A DNA stretch of 50,259 nucleotides, from positions 1 to 50,259 of the forward strand of contig JBDRFC010000001.1 of assembly GCA_043819155.1 (NCBI GenBank), written 5' to 3'. The position numbers were made by a program, and so were the translations under genes. Position 1 is the stretch's first letter. Each line of letters starts with the position of its first letter. The DNA comes from Chloroflexota bacterium. Its GTDB lineage: Bacteria; Chloroflexota; Dehalococcoidia; Dehalococcoidales; G020351185. A model generated the notes under the pieces. It saw only the letters and a list, made by a program, of their open reading frames with translations, did no database searches and had not been told where the DNA came from. Positions 36,582-45,532 of this stretch are shown here, in pieces.

Positions 36582-38105
36582 ATGATGGTATCAGTTGAGG
36601 CAGATTTGAAATTATCGCTTAACCCTACGACTTTATCATTATTGTCCCGGGTAGAAGATTTCCTTTCCAGGCATGATACCCGGGCGTATGTTGTCGGTGG
36701 GTTCTTGCGCGATTTTATAATAAAGAGAAGTACAGCCGATATAGATATCGCCCTGGAAGCAGATGCGCTCCATATCGCCCCCCAGATAGCCGACCATCTT
36801 GGCGGTAAGTTTGTAGCTTTAGATGAAATGAATGGGGTAGGCCGGGTAATCCTGTCAGAGCCAGGAGAACATCCGGATAGCCGGCAATGGCAGATAGACT
36901 TTTCAACTATAGAAGATGGCATTGCACAGGATCTCGCACGGCGTGATTTCACAATAGATGCCATGGCTATCAGTCTGGATAAGATTGTAAAGGGCACAGC
37001 GACCTCTGAAATCATAGACCCCTTTAATGGCTTGGAAGACATCGAACGTCGAGTTATCAAAGCAACCGGCGATACGATTTTCAGGGAGGATGCGGCGCGC
37101 CTGCTGAGAGCGGTTCGTCTGGCTGCCGAACTCAACTTTATCATCAGCCCGGAGACGGAAACCCTGATACGCCAGAACTGCCACCTCATTACTACCGTCG
37201 CCGGAGAGCGGGTAAGAGAAGAGCTGTTGAAGCTGCTGGTGAACACCGATAGCAGTCAGCTAATGCTCTATCTTGATGACTTGGGTTTATTAACGGCGCT
37301 GATTCCGGAGCTTGCCGAGACAAAAGGGGTTGAGCAGCCTACAGAGCACCAGTGGAATGTTTTTAACCACTCGGTTAAGGTTATAGATGCTGCCGACTTT
37401 ATCCTCAGAAAGGGGAACTGGGAGTATACCGGCAGAGAGGTGCTGGATTATATAAACTGGTCGGCAGAGCTGGCCGAGCATTTCGAACTCAAGGTTAGTG
37501 GCGGCAGCAACAGAAGGCTGCTTCTCAAACTGGCGGCATTATTGCATGATATCGCCAAACCGCAGACGAAAATGATAAACGCTCAGGGTAGAACACGCTT
37601 TCATGGCCATCCGCAACAGGGAGCGCCGATAGCCGCCGCTATTCTGGAAAGGCTTCGCTTCAGCACTAAAGAGGTAAAGCTGGTGGCGGCCATCGTGCGC
37701 CATCACCTGCGCCCGGTACAGACCAGCCATGGTGAGTTGCCCACAGGTAGAGCTATCTACCGCTACTTCCGAGATACCGATGACGCCGCCATTGATGTCC
37801 TCTTTTTCAGCCTTGCCGACCACCTGGCTACCAGAGGAGCGAATCTGGATATAGCAAACTGGCAGCAGCACACTTCTTTAGTAAACTATATGCTGGACCA
37901 GCATTCAACACAGAGGGGTGAGGTAACATCGCCAAAGTTAATCAGCGGGCACGATTTAATCAGAAACTTTAATCTCAAACCGGGGCCGGAGATCGGCAGA
38001 GTGCTCGAGGCAGTACGCGAAGCCCATGCCTGCCGGGAAATAACCAGCCGAGATGAAGCCCTGGCTTATGCTGACCACCTGCTATCATCGAAGAGGGGAG
38101 ATTAG
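36582..38105 (+). CDS. cca: CCA-adding enzyme / poly(A) polymerase family nucleotidyltransferase with HD domain
   Basis: It has YVVGGFLRD, DIDIA, RDFTIDAMA and an HD domain (LLHDIAKP...HG). Confidence 0.85.
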   Translation: MMVSVEADLKLSLNPTTLSLLSRVEDFLSRHDTRAYVVGGFLRDFIIKRSTADIDIALEADALHIAPQIADHLGGKFVALDEMNGVGRVILSEPGEHPDSRQWQIDFSTIEDGIAQDLARRDFTIDAMAISLDKIVKGTATSEIIDPFNGLEDIERRVIKATGDTIFREDAARLLRAVRLAAELNFIISPETETLIRQNCHLITTVAGERVREELLKLLVNTDSSQLMLYLDDLGLLTALIPELAETKGVEQPTEHQWNVFNHSVKVIDAADFILRKGNWEYTGREVLDYINWSAELAEHFELKVSGGSNRRLLLKLAALLHDIAKPQTKMINAQGRTRFHGHPQQGAPIAAAILERLRFSTKEVKLVAAIVRHHLRPVQTSHGELPTGRAIYRYFRDTDDAAIDVLFFSLADHLATRGANLDIANWQQHTSLVNYMLDQHSTQRGEVTSPKLISGHDLIRNFNLKPGPEIGRVLEAVREAHACREITSRDEALAYADHLLSSKRGD

Positions 38106-38142
38106 CGCTGTCTTTCTATGAAGGCAGTTTTATTATAGAGAT

Positions 38143-39471
38143 ATGAATTCAAAAAATCTTCTGGTTTTACTGACAATAATTGTCATATTTACCCTGTCTC
38201 TCCTCACCTTACTGCCGATTGACAAGGGGCTGCTGGGTGGCAAGGAAATATTGCTTGGCTTAGACCTTCAGGGCGGTATCCACCTCGTTTTTCAGGCTGA
38301 CCTATCCGGTGTCGAAGCAGGCAAGGAAGATGAAATCATCGACGGGGTAGTGGCGGTCATCGCCAATCGCATAAATCCACTGGGAGTAACAGAACCGGTT
38401 ATTGGCAAACAGGGAACGGACCGCATAGTAGTTGAACTGCCCGGTCTGGATATTACCGATGTTCAGAAAGAGCGCATCGGCAGAACGGCGCTGCTTGAGT
38501 TTCGTGAACTTGTGATTGAAGACGGAGAAGAGAAATGGATACCGACTACAGGTACCATCGACGGCGAGGAGAAGGTGCTGAACAGCAGTTATTTCAAGAA
38601 AAATACCTTCGTCACCAGGAATGATTTTGGCAACATATTTCTTGTCTTTGAATGGAATGAAGAGGGCAGCCAGCTTTCAGAGCAGATTACCAGCCGGCTA
38701 CTGGGCAAGCCGCTGGGTATTTATGAGGGCGATGGACCCTTGATAGGGGAGGATGGATACCCTATTGCTCCTATCATCCAGGCTGTAATTACCGACCGCG
38801 GCCAGGTTGAAGGCTTGAGTATGAACGAGGCAACCGAACTATCAAAACAACTGAATGCCGGGCGCCTGCCGGTACCCCTGTCAATCATCTACGAAGAAAC
38901 CGTTTCACCGGCGCTGGGTGCCGACTTCGTCGAGTTAAGCGCAAAAGCGGGGATTATAGGCATAGTACTGGTTATGCTGTTTATGACGCTTTATTACCGT
39001 CTGCCGGGGCTGGTCGCTTCTCTGGCTCTTATCTTTTACGGCGTGGTAATGCTCGCCCTTTTCAAGCTAATCCCGGTTACCCTCACGCTGGCCGGCATCG
39101 GCGGTTTTGTTCTGTCCATCGGCATGGCGGTAGATGCCAATATTCTTATCTTCGAGCGGATGAGGGAGGAATTGCAAGCCGGACGGACTCTGGGGGCGGC
39201 TACAAAAGCCGGCTTTAACCGTGCCTGGACGGCTATAAGGGATAGCAACATCACTACATTTATCGTCTGTTTAATCCTGATCTGGGTAGGCAGCCAGATT
39301 GTTGCCGGTGCCCCTGTACAGGGATTCGGTTTTACCCTGCTTATCGGTGTCGCCGTAAGCATGTTCACCGCCATCATAGTCACCAGAACGCTGCTTCGAC
39401 TTTTCGTTGGTAGCAAAATAGCCAAAAGAACAGATTTATTCAGCCCTTATCTTGGAAGAAAAGATGTTTGA
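38143..39471 (+). CDS. secD: protein translocase subunit SecD
   Basis: It has GLDLQGGIHLV, a periplasmic domain, and the 6-TM C-terminus GIGGFVLSIGMAVDANILIFERMREE. Confidence 0.92.
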   Translation: MNSKNLLVLLTIIVIFTLSLLTLLPIDKGLLGGKEILLGLDLQGGIHLVFQADLSGVEAGKEDEIIDGVVAVIANRINPLGVTEPVIGKQGTDRIVVELPGLDITDVQKERIGRTALLEFRELVIEDGEEKWIPTTGTIDGEEKVLNSSYFKKNTFVTRNDFGNIFLVFEWNEEGSQLSEQITSRLLGKPLGIYEGDGPLIGEDGYPIAPIIQAVITDRGQVEGLSMNEATELSKQLNAGRLPVPLSIIYEETVSPALGADFVELSAKAGIIGIVLVMLFMTLYYRLPGLVASLALIFYGVVMLALFKLIPVTLTLAGIGGFVLSIGMAVDANILIFERMREELQAGRTLGAATKAGFNRAWTAIRDSNITTFIVCLILIWVGSQIVAGAPVQGFGFTLLIGVAVSMFTAIIVTRTLLRLFVGSKIAKRTDLFSPYLGRKDV

Positions 39472-40381
39472 TATTATAGGTAAAAGGTTTCGCTTTTTTA
39501 CTATCTCAGGGATATTAATCCTTATATGCATTATCTCCCTGTTCAGTTTGGGCTTAAAAGCCGGCATTGAGTTCAGCAGCGGCTCGCAACTGACACTTAG
39601 CTTTGATAATCAAGTTGAAGCCTCTGAACTCAGGCAAGAACTGAAAGACTTGGGGTATACCAGCACTATTGTCCAGACCACCGGGGGCGGCGATGTCCTG
39701 ATCCGTACAACCATACTGAATACGGAGGAAAAAGAACAACTGAAAACAGATTTAGCTAGCCGCTTCGGTACACTTACTGAAAATGGCTTTGTAAATGTAG
39801 ACCCGATAACGGCCGGCCAGACGGTAAATATCGCCGCCATTGCCGTAGCCTTAGCCGCCGTCGGTATTATGATTTATGTCACCTGGGCATTCCGCCGTAT
39901 GCCCAAACCCTTCCGCTATGGCACCTGCGCCATAATAGCACTGCTACACGACGCGCTGGTGGCGCTGGGGATATTTTCCATCCTCAGTGGTATCCTGGGT
40001 TGGGAGGTCAACCTTATGTTCATAACCGGTATCCTAGCGGTAATCGGATACAGTGTTAATAATACTGTTGTAATATTTGACCGGATACGGGAAAACCTAT
40101 CCCGCAGTGGAACCTCTGATTTTAAAGCTGTTGTTAATAATAGCCTTGTCGAAAGCCTCACCCGTTCTATAAATACAAGCCTGACCACTATAATCGTTGT
40201 GCTTGCATTGCTCCTTTTTGTCGGCTCAACAATTCAGAACTTCTCGGTAGTGCTGCTTATCGGTATTATTGCCGGAACTTTCAGCTCACTTTTCATTGCC
40301 CCGTCGCTACTGGTAGTCTGGGAGAGCGGTGAATGGCGCCGCTTTATCCGGTGGCTACCACTTCTAAAAAATAAACAGTAG
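39464..40381 (+). CDS. secF: protein translocase subunit SecF
   Basis: It has MFDIIGKRFRFF, GIEFSSGSQL and VIGYSVNNTVVIFDRIREN. The ATG at 39464 overlaps the secD stop (the track TTG at 39452 is an alternative). Confidence 0.9.
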   Translation: MFDIIGKRFRFFTISGILILICIISLFSLGLKAGIEFSSGSQLTLSFDNQVEASELRQELKDLGYTSTIVQTTGGGDVLIRTTILNTEEKEQLKTDLASRFGTLTENGFVNVDPITAGQTVNIAAIAVALAAVGIMIYVTWAFRRMPKPFRYGTCAIIALLHDALVALGIFSILSGILGWEVNLMFITGILAVIGYSVNNTVVIFDRIRENLSRSGTSDFKAVVNNSLVESLTRSINTSLTTIIVVLALLLFVGSTIQNFSVVLLIGIIAGTFSSLFIAPSLLVVWESGEWRRFIRWLPLLKNKQ

Positions 40382-40391
40382 GTAATAAGGC

Positions 40392-41303
40392 ATGTTTTCT
40401 ACCAGAAGAGGGGCTACCTGGCTTGCTCTTATAGTCATACTCGGGTTGGTAATACTCAAGTTTGCCATAGCTCTTGTAACCGGCAGCATCAGTATTTTTG
40501 CCCAGACAGCCGACAGTTTCCTGGATGTGATTGCCGTACTTATCGCTTTCTTCGCCATAAGGATGTCCGTTAAGCCGGCTGATGAAGACCATCCTTTCGG
40601 TCACGGCAAGATTGAGAATATATCGGCTGTTGTACAGGCAATCCTGATTTTTACTGCCGGCGGATTAATAATATATTCGGCGATTAACCGGATTATATCT
40701 GAAGAAGCTATAGAGCTTACCGAGGCCGGTATAGGAGTAATGGCAGTCTCTATAATAGCCAGTATCCTTCTTTCCCGCCATCTACTAAAGGTATCAAAGG
40801 CTACCGATTCACTGGCACTTGAGGCGATTGGCCACAATATTGCCGCCGATGTCTATTCTGCAGCCGGAGTGATGGTTGGGCTGGTGGCGATTCGCATTAC
40901 CGGCCTTGTTATACTTGACCCCATTATTGCCCTGGCTGTCTCTATAATTATTTTAAAATCAGCCTTTATTGTGGCAAGAAAGTCATTCCACGACTTGATG
41001 GATACCAGCCTGCCCAAATCTGAAGAGGAAGAAATAGCATCCTGTTTAAAGGAACACTCCGGTCAGCTGGTTGGCTTTCACAAACTGCGTACCCGCAAGG
41101 CGGGCAACCAGCGCTTTATTGACCTGCACCTGATAATGCCCAGAGGCGCCAGTGTCGAGGAAGCCCACCGTATATGCGACCATCTGGAACAGGACCTGGA
41201 AGACAGGCTAACAAACACAAATGTAACCATTCATGTAGAACCATGCGGCGTAGAGTGCGACCAGTGTTCTGTCGATTGTAACCTGCGAAGAAAAACCACC
41301 TAG
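40392..41303 (+). CDS. cation diffusion facilitator family transporter
   Basis: It has 6 TM helices, the motifs SFLDVIA and HPFGHGKIE, and a C-terminal cytoplasmic domain with a His/Cys tail. Confidence 0.88.
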   Translation: MFSTRRGATWLALIVILGLVILKFAIALVTGSISIFAQTADSFLDVIAVLIAFFAIRMSVKPADEDHPFGHGKIENISAVVQAILIFTAGGLIIYSAINRIISEEAIELTEAGIGVMAVSIIASILLSRHLLKVSKATDSLALEAIGHNIAADVYSAAGVMVGLVAIRITGLVILDPIIALAVSIIILKSAFIVARKSFHDLMDTSLPKSEEEEIASCLKEHSGQLVGFHKLRTRKAGNQRFIDLHLIMPRGASVEEAHRICDHLEQDLEDRLTNTNVTIHVEPCGVECDQCSVDCNLRRKTT

Positions 41304-42334
41304 GACAGGTTATGTATTTCCTTTACCTGTTGTATCAGGGCGGTGATATCGGGTGCTTCAACCTCAAATGGCAATTGCCCCAGTTTATCTTCAATATCTT
41401 TTTTACCCAGCAATACTTCAAAGGTAGCCCTCACCGAAGCTGATAAAGCGGTCAGGTTGTAGCCACCCTCCAGGCTGAAAACAAGGCGCCCGGAGCACAC
41501 CTCGTCAGCTATCTGTTTTATAATTTCCACCATTTGGGCGAAACCGGCAATGCTTATCTGCATGCCAGCCAACCCGTCAGACCAGTGGCCATCATAACCG
41601 GCGGAGACCATAATGAGCTGCGGTTTGAAACGGCGGATAACCGGAACAATAATCCGCTCAAAGACTTCTTTATATTGCTTATCACCACAGCCGGCCGGCA
41701 GCGGTATATTAACCGTAGTGCCTCTGGCTTTTCCTTCACCTGTTTCGTCTATTCTGCCCGTCCCCAGATAGTGAGGAGATTGATGAGTAGATATGTAAAG
41801 CACCCCGGGATTACTGTAGAAAGCATCCTGGGTGCCGTTACCGTGGTGGATATCAAAATCAATAATGGCGATACGTTCCATATTATACTTATGTAAAGCA
41901 TATTTAGCAGCAACAGCCACATTATTAAACAGGCAGAAACCCATCCCCCTCCCACCGGTAGCGTGGTGCCCGGGAGGTCTTACCAGGGCAAAAACGCTAT
42001 CCATACCCCCATCTATAACCGCATCAACGCCTGTTATAACGCCACCGGCGGCATAACAGGCAGCTTCATAGGAATCAGCCGATACCACCGTATCCAAATC
42101 AAGCTGCCCACCACCTTTTTCAGCCAGTTCCCTAACTTCAGAGATATACTTTCTTTCATGCACCAGGGATAGTTCCTCAATTGTGGCGGCTTTCGGTTTA
42201 ATAGATACAAGCTGTTGCCAGGGACCCGTCCTTTCCAGATAACGCATAATCGCCAGCAGCCGGTTGGCATTCTCCGGGTGTTTTCCTGTATCGTGCTTGA
42301 GATATACAGGGTCATATACAAAGCCAACTTTCAT
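41300..42334 (-). CDS. histone deacetylase-family (AcuC/AphA-like) deacetylase
   Basis: It has RPPGHHA, DFDIHHGNGTQ and EGGY. Its 3' end overlaps the convergent CDF gene by 4 nt. Confidence 0.88.
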   Translation of the reverse strand: MKVGFVYDPVYLKHDTGKHPENANRLLAIMRYLERTGPWQQLVSIKPKAATIEELSLVHERKYISEVRELAEKGGGQLDLDTVVSADSYEAACYAAGGVITGVDAVIDGGMDSVFALVRPPGHHATGGRGMGFCLFNNVAVAAKYALHKYNMERIAIIDFDIHHGNGTQDAFYSNPGVLYISTHQSPHYLGTGRIDETGEGKARGTTVNIPLPAGCGDKQYKEVFERIIVPVIRRFKPQLIMVSAGYDGHWSDGLAGMQISIAGFAQMVEIIKQIADEVCSGRLVFSLEGGYNLTALSASVRATFEVLLGKKDIEDKLGQLPFEVEAPDITALIQQVKEIHNLS

Positions 42335-42357
42335 CTTTTTGCTCCTTTGCCGATTAA

Positions 42358-42993
42358 CTAAACCACCGCCCTAATACCAGACGCTATAAACCAGATACCG
42401 AAGCCAGCAAGCAAAAGACTGGAGGCGATAAATACCCACTCCTGGACTTTCCTGCCCCACAGTGAGTGTGTTTTATAGACAACCACCGCCACCAGCGAAA
42501 GCCAGAGCAAATCGCATAGCCAGTGAACAACAATAAACAGGGTTAAACCACCAGTGCCGAATTCAACGAACTTCATTACAAGCAGGCTGCCGACAGTCGC
42601 CCACCACAATATAAAAAACGGATTCAGCCCGCTTGTAATAATACCGGCAGTGAATGCATTGTAGGATAGGTCCTTGCCCTGGGTAACCACCTCGTTTCGG
42701 GAGCGGAACATGCCGATACCCAGCCAGATAATCATACCGCCGCCCAGTATGCTGAGTACAAGCTGGACTATGCTGTTTTCAAAGAAACGGGCAAATCCAA
42801 AATATATAAGCAGAATCAAGGGGACTTCGATAACGGCATGCCCCAGCGATATCCAGACACCAGTCCAGGGAGAGCGAAAGCTTTTAGCCAGCGCTACGGC
42901 AAACATGGGACCGGGCATCATTACACCGGATAATGAAACGACAACCACACTCAGTAAAACCGGTAATATATCTGGAAACATAAATACCCGCAA
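42358..42993 (-). CDS. LysE/RhtB-family amino-acid exporter
   Basis: 211 aa with 6 TM helices. The N-terminal PGPMFAV motif is typical of LysE-type translocators. Confidence 0.8.
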   Translation of the reverse strand: MRVFMFPDILPVLLSVVVVSLSGVMMPGPMFAVALAKSFRSPWTGVWISLGHAVIEVPLILLIYFGFARFFENSIVQLVLSILGGGMIIWLGIGMFRSRNEVVTQGKDLSYNAFTAGIITSGLNPFFILWWATVGSLLVMKFVEFGTGGLTLFIVVHWLCDLLWLSLVAVVVYKTHSLWGRKVQEWVFIASSLLLAGFGIWFIASGIRAVV

Positions 42994-43045
42994 GAAATAT
43001 TTTTCACATTATATCACCTATTGCCTTTTACCTCTCTTTTACAAC

Positions 43046-43074
43046 TTGAGTCGGTAATATTTATAAACTATACT
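43046..43074 (+). promoter_or_regulatory. promoter of the NurA-HerA-patatin cassette
   Basis: TTGAGT (43046-43051), exact 17-nt spacer, TATACT (43069-43074), 36 nt upstream of the nurA ATG. Confidence 0.55.
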
Positions 43075-43110
43075 AGTCAATAGCAAAGTACCACGTAAGG
43101 AAAAGGGTAA

Positions 43111-44322
43111 ATGTCTCTGGATTTAACCAGCATTGTCTCCCAGATAGAGGGGATGGCTGCCCAGCTCAAAGCCGGCAGCCAGGAGAGGCAACGGCATCTG
43201 CTGAAGGCAATGGCTATCCTCGGCGATAAGAATATCGACCTGGAAGGGTTAAAAAGAAAAACTGCAGCCAGCAAGACAAGCTGGCTGGTGGCTGAGCCGA
43301 TAGAAAAGCTTGACAGCCACTACCCGGCACCGCCACCCCCGGATGAGTTCACCGTAATGGCTACCGACGGCTCTCAGATTGATGTTGACCGCCACCTTTC
43401 TGCCCGGTGTTATATTATAAACATAGGAAGCGTTATTCTGAATTACGGCTCAAATCCAGACGCTATACTAAACAGCTCTCCCAACCTGTACTCCGATGAT
43501 AAAGACTTGGTTATGGCGCCACCAGACGGCAGGGGGCGTGAGCAACCGATAGAAGGAGCGCTACTGGGCATCAAGCGCAGCGTTGAGGAATGCAACCGGC
43601 TTGCCGCAATGACGGCTGAGATACCGACCGGGACTTCGGCACTGGCACTGATAGACGGCTCGTTAATTCTATGGAGCCTTGTAAGCAAGGATTACCCCGA
43701 ATTTGTCATTGAGGAGCTTTTAGACAGGGGTTTCATCCGTTGCCTGGATGAAATTAAAAAACTGAATAAAGACAGGAGGGTGGCTATCGCCAGCTATATA
43801 AGCTTCCCCCGCTCGACCGATGTTGTCAATACATTAAGGGTGGCTATCTGCCCCAACGAAATCCCCGACTGCGACCGTTATTGTGCCGAAATCGCCGCCG
43901 GCAAACGGGAATGCGATGTTGTAACCGGTGTCCGCGACCGGGACCTATTTTCAAATCTGCTGGCTGATGGCGAAAGGTCAGCGTTATTCATAAGCCGCTC
44001 CTCCATCGTAGAAAAACGCTACGGCAGGCACCGCATCCATTTCTTCTACCTCAGGGTGGATGATGAGATAGCCCGCATAGAGATTCCACAATGGGTGGCA
44101 ACGGATAAAAACTTACTAAATCTGGCTCATTCCCTGGTTCTGGACCAGTGCCGGCGCGGGCATGGCTATCCGGTGGCGCTATCCGAATCCCACGAGCAAG
44201 CGGTGGTAACCGGTGCCGACCGCGTAAACTTCCAGCAATTATTAGAGATATCTCTTGCCGAGGAACATATATCACTAACCACCTCTGCCAAGAACCGCAG
44301 TAAGAAAACAAGATGGGTATAG
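43111..44322 (+). CDS. nurA: NurA-domain 5'-3' nuclease
   Basis: 403 aa. It has the NurA motifs VMATDGSQIDVDRH, ALIDGSLILWSL and GHGYPVALSESHEQAVV. Confidence 0.8.
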   Translation: MSLDLTSIVSQIEGMAAQLKAGSQERQRHLLKAMAILGDKNIDLEGLKRKTAASKTSWLVAEPIEKLDSHYPAPPPPDEFTVMATDGSQIDVDRHLSARCYIINIGSVILNYGSNPDAILNSSPNLYSDDKDLVMAPPDGRGREQPIEGALLGIKRSVEECNRLAAMTAEIPTGTSALALIDGSLILWSLVSKDYPEFVIEELLDRGFIRCLDEIKKLNKDRRVAIASYISFPRSTDVVNTLRVAICPNEIPDCDRYCAEIAAGKRECDVVTGVRDRDLFSNLLADGERSALFISRSSIVEKRYGRHRIHFFYLRVDDEIARIEIPQWVATDKNLLNLAHSLVLDQCRRGHGYPVALSESHEQAVVTGADRVNFQQLLEISLAEEHISLTTSAKNRSKKTRWV

Positions 44323-44331
44323 GAGGAACTG

Positions 44332-44721
44332 ATGCCAGACAGTAAACAATATCGTCTAGCAAGAAGGGCAAGACTGACAGGGCGGGTAATCGGGCTGGTT
44401 GCCGCTGGGTTCTCCCTTGTCTTTCTGGTTGCCGAAGTCATCGGCGGGGCTATGGCTGAAGATTCGGCGGGAGATGTAATAGCGGGTGTTTTACTGGCTA
44501 TCCTCGTAGCAATTGCACTGGCTGGCTGTATTTTATCCTGGTGGCGAGAGCGTCTGGCGGCTATACTGTTGGTGCTGGTTGCCATCGGGCTTGGTATTCA
44601 TATTGGAGTTTACGCTGGCAGAAACCACTTCCTCGCCTGGTCAATGGTGGGTTTACCCTACCTCGCCGCTGGAGGGTTACTACTTTACGCCTGGTGGCTG
44701 GAGAAGAAGGCGACTTTATAA
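44332..44721 (+). CDS. small integral membrane protein (4 predicted TM helices)
   Basis: 129 aa. The AGGAGG SD lies 9 nt after the nurA stop. The hydrophobic segments are VIGLVAAGFSLVFLVAEVIGG, VIAGVLLAILVAIALAGCIL, LAAILLVLVAIGLGIHIGV and LAWSMVGLPYLAAGGLLLYAWW. Confidence 0.7.
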   Translation: MPDSKQYRLARRARLTGRVIGLVAAGFSLVFLVAEVIGGAMAEDSAGDVIAGVLLAILVAIALAGCILSWWRERLAAILLVLVAIGLGIHIGVYAGRNHFLAWSMVGLPYLAAGGLLLYAWWLEKKATL

Positions 44722-44740
44722 AACTATAGGAGGCGATAAA

Positions 44741-44821
44741 ATGGGCAGTAAGGGCAGAAAGAATGTAAAGAAACCCAAGCAGAAGAAGGATAAGAAAGAA
44801 AATAAAAAAGAGGGTACATAG
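44741..44821 (+). CDS. 26-aa lysine-rich micropeptide (candidate small protein or leader peptide)
   Basis: TAGGAGG SD, 7-nt spacer, ATG. Translation: MGSKGRKNVKKPKQKKDKKENKKEGT (11 Lys + 1 Arg). The stop codon is embedded in a hairpin. Confidence 0.45.
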   Translation: MGSKGRKNVKKPKQKKDKKENKKEGT

Positions 44822-44888
44822 AGAGGCTTTGCCTCTCTTATAAACCGTTTCCCCCTTCCATAGAACTTCTCCCTTTCCTAAAGGGAGA
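44820..44888 (+). promoter_or_regulatory. two stem-loops in the 114-nt spacer before the HAS-barrel gene
   Basis: Hairpin 1 is AGAGAGGC-TTT-GCCTCTCT (44820-44838). Hairpin 2 is TCTCCCTTT-CCT-AAAGGGAGA (44868-44888). Neither has a clear T-run, and both are followed by a G-run-rich tract that reaches the start codon. Confidence 0.45.
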
Positions 44889-44935
44889 TTGAGAGGGATT
44901 TGCCCGGGGAGGGGGATAAAGGGGATGGAGTTATT

Positions 44936-45532
44936 ATGAAAGAAAAAGCGCAAAGAGCGGGCGAGGTTATCGAAGCCAGCACCACCGGTTTTATTGCCCA
45001 GTGCTATGAGCTCTACCGGCTGCCGCCACTGGGCAGCCTTGTTAAAACAAATAACGAAGAACTTGAGCTTTATGCCGTGGTCTGTAACGCCACTACAAGC
45101 AGCCTTGAGCCGGGGCGGAGGCCCATTGCCCGGGGCAAAGATGAAGAAAGCGAAGAGGCAATCTACAAATCCAGCCCCCAGCTTGAAAAGCTGCTCAAAA
45201 GCGAGTTCAGCACCCTGGTGGTGGGGCACAAGACAAATGGTAAAATCAACCACTACCTGCCGCCGGTACCAGCCCGCATCCACAGCTTCGCCTATCTCTG
45301 TACAGATGAAGAGGTGAAGGAATTCAGCCAATCCTTTGGCTTTATCAACATACTGCTCAATGCCAATCCCTCCCTGCCCCAGGACGAGCTGGTAGCCGCC
45401 TGTCTTCGCCAAATGAGCCGGGTACAGGATGATAGCCACGGATTTCTAGTAGCTGCCGGCAAATACCTGGCTAGCCTGCTCGGCGGTGATTACAAACAGC
45501 TAAAATCTATCCTGGAAAGGATAAAGCAATGA
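44936..45532 (+). CDS. stand-alone HAS-barrel-like protein (HerA N-terminal-barrel homologue)
   Basis: 198 aa from ATG 44936 (the track start TTG 44900 is less likely). GEVIEASTTGFIAQCYE..LPPLGSLVK....LYAVVCNATT matches the barrel pattern at HerA N-termini. Its stop overlaps the herA start (ATGA). Confidence 0.6.
   Translation: MKEKAQRAGEVIEASTTGFIAQCYELYRLPPLGSLVKTNNEELELYAVVCNATTSSLEPGRRPIARGKDEESEEAIYKSSPQLEKLLKSEFSTLVVGHKTNGKINHYLPPVPARIHSFAYLCTDEEVKEFSQSFGFINILLNANPSLPQDELVAACLRQMSRVQDDSHGFLVAAGKYLASLLGGDYKQLKSILERIKQ

Noticed and set aside
36578-37246. 222-aa minus-strand ORF
   Set aside because: It is antisense to the well-supported cca gene and has Ser/Arg-rich shadow-frame composition.
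44561-45439. 292-aa minus-strand ORF, the longest unexplained ORF in the accessory region
   Set aside because: It is antisense to the membrane gene, the micropeptide, both hairpins and the HAS-barrel gene. It has no SD, and its sequence is low-complexity and odd (FFIFFLILLLLGFLY...). The plus-strand genes have motifs and SDs, so I treat it as a shadow ORF.
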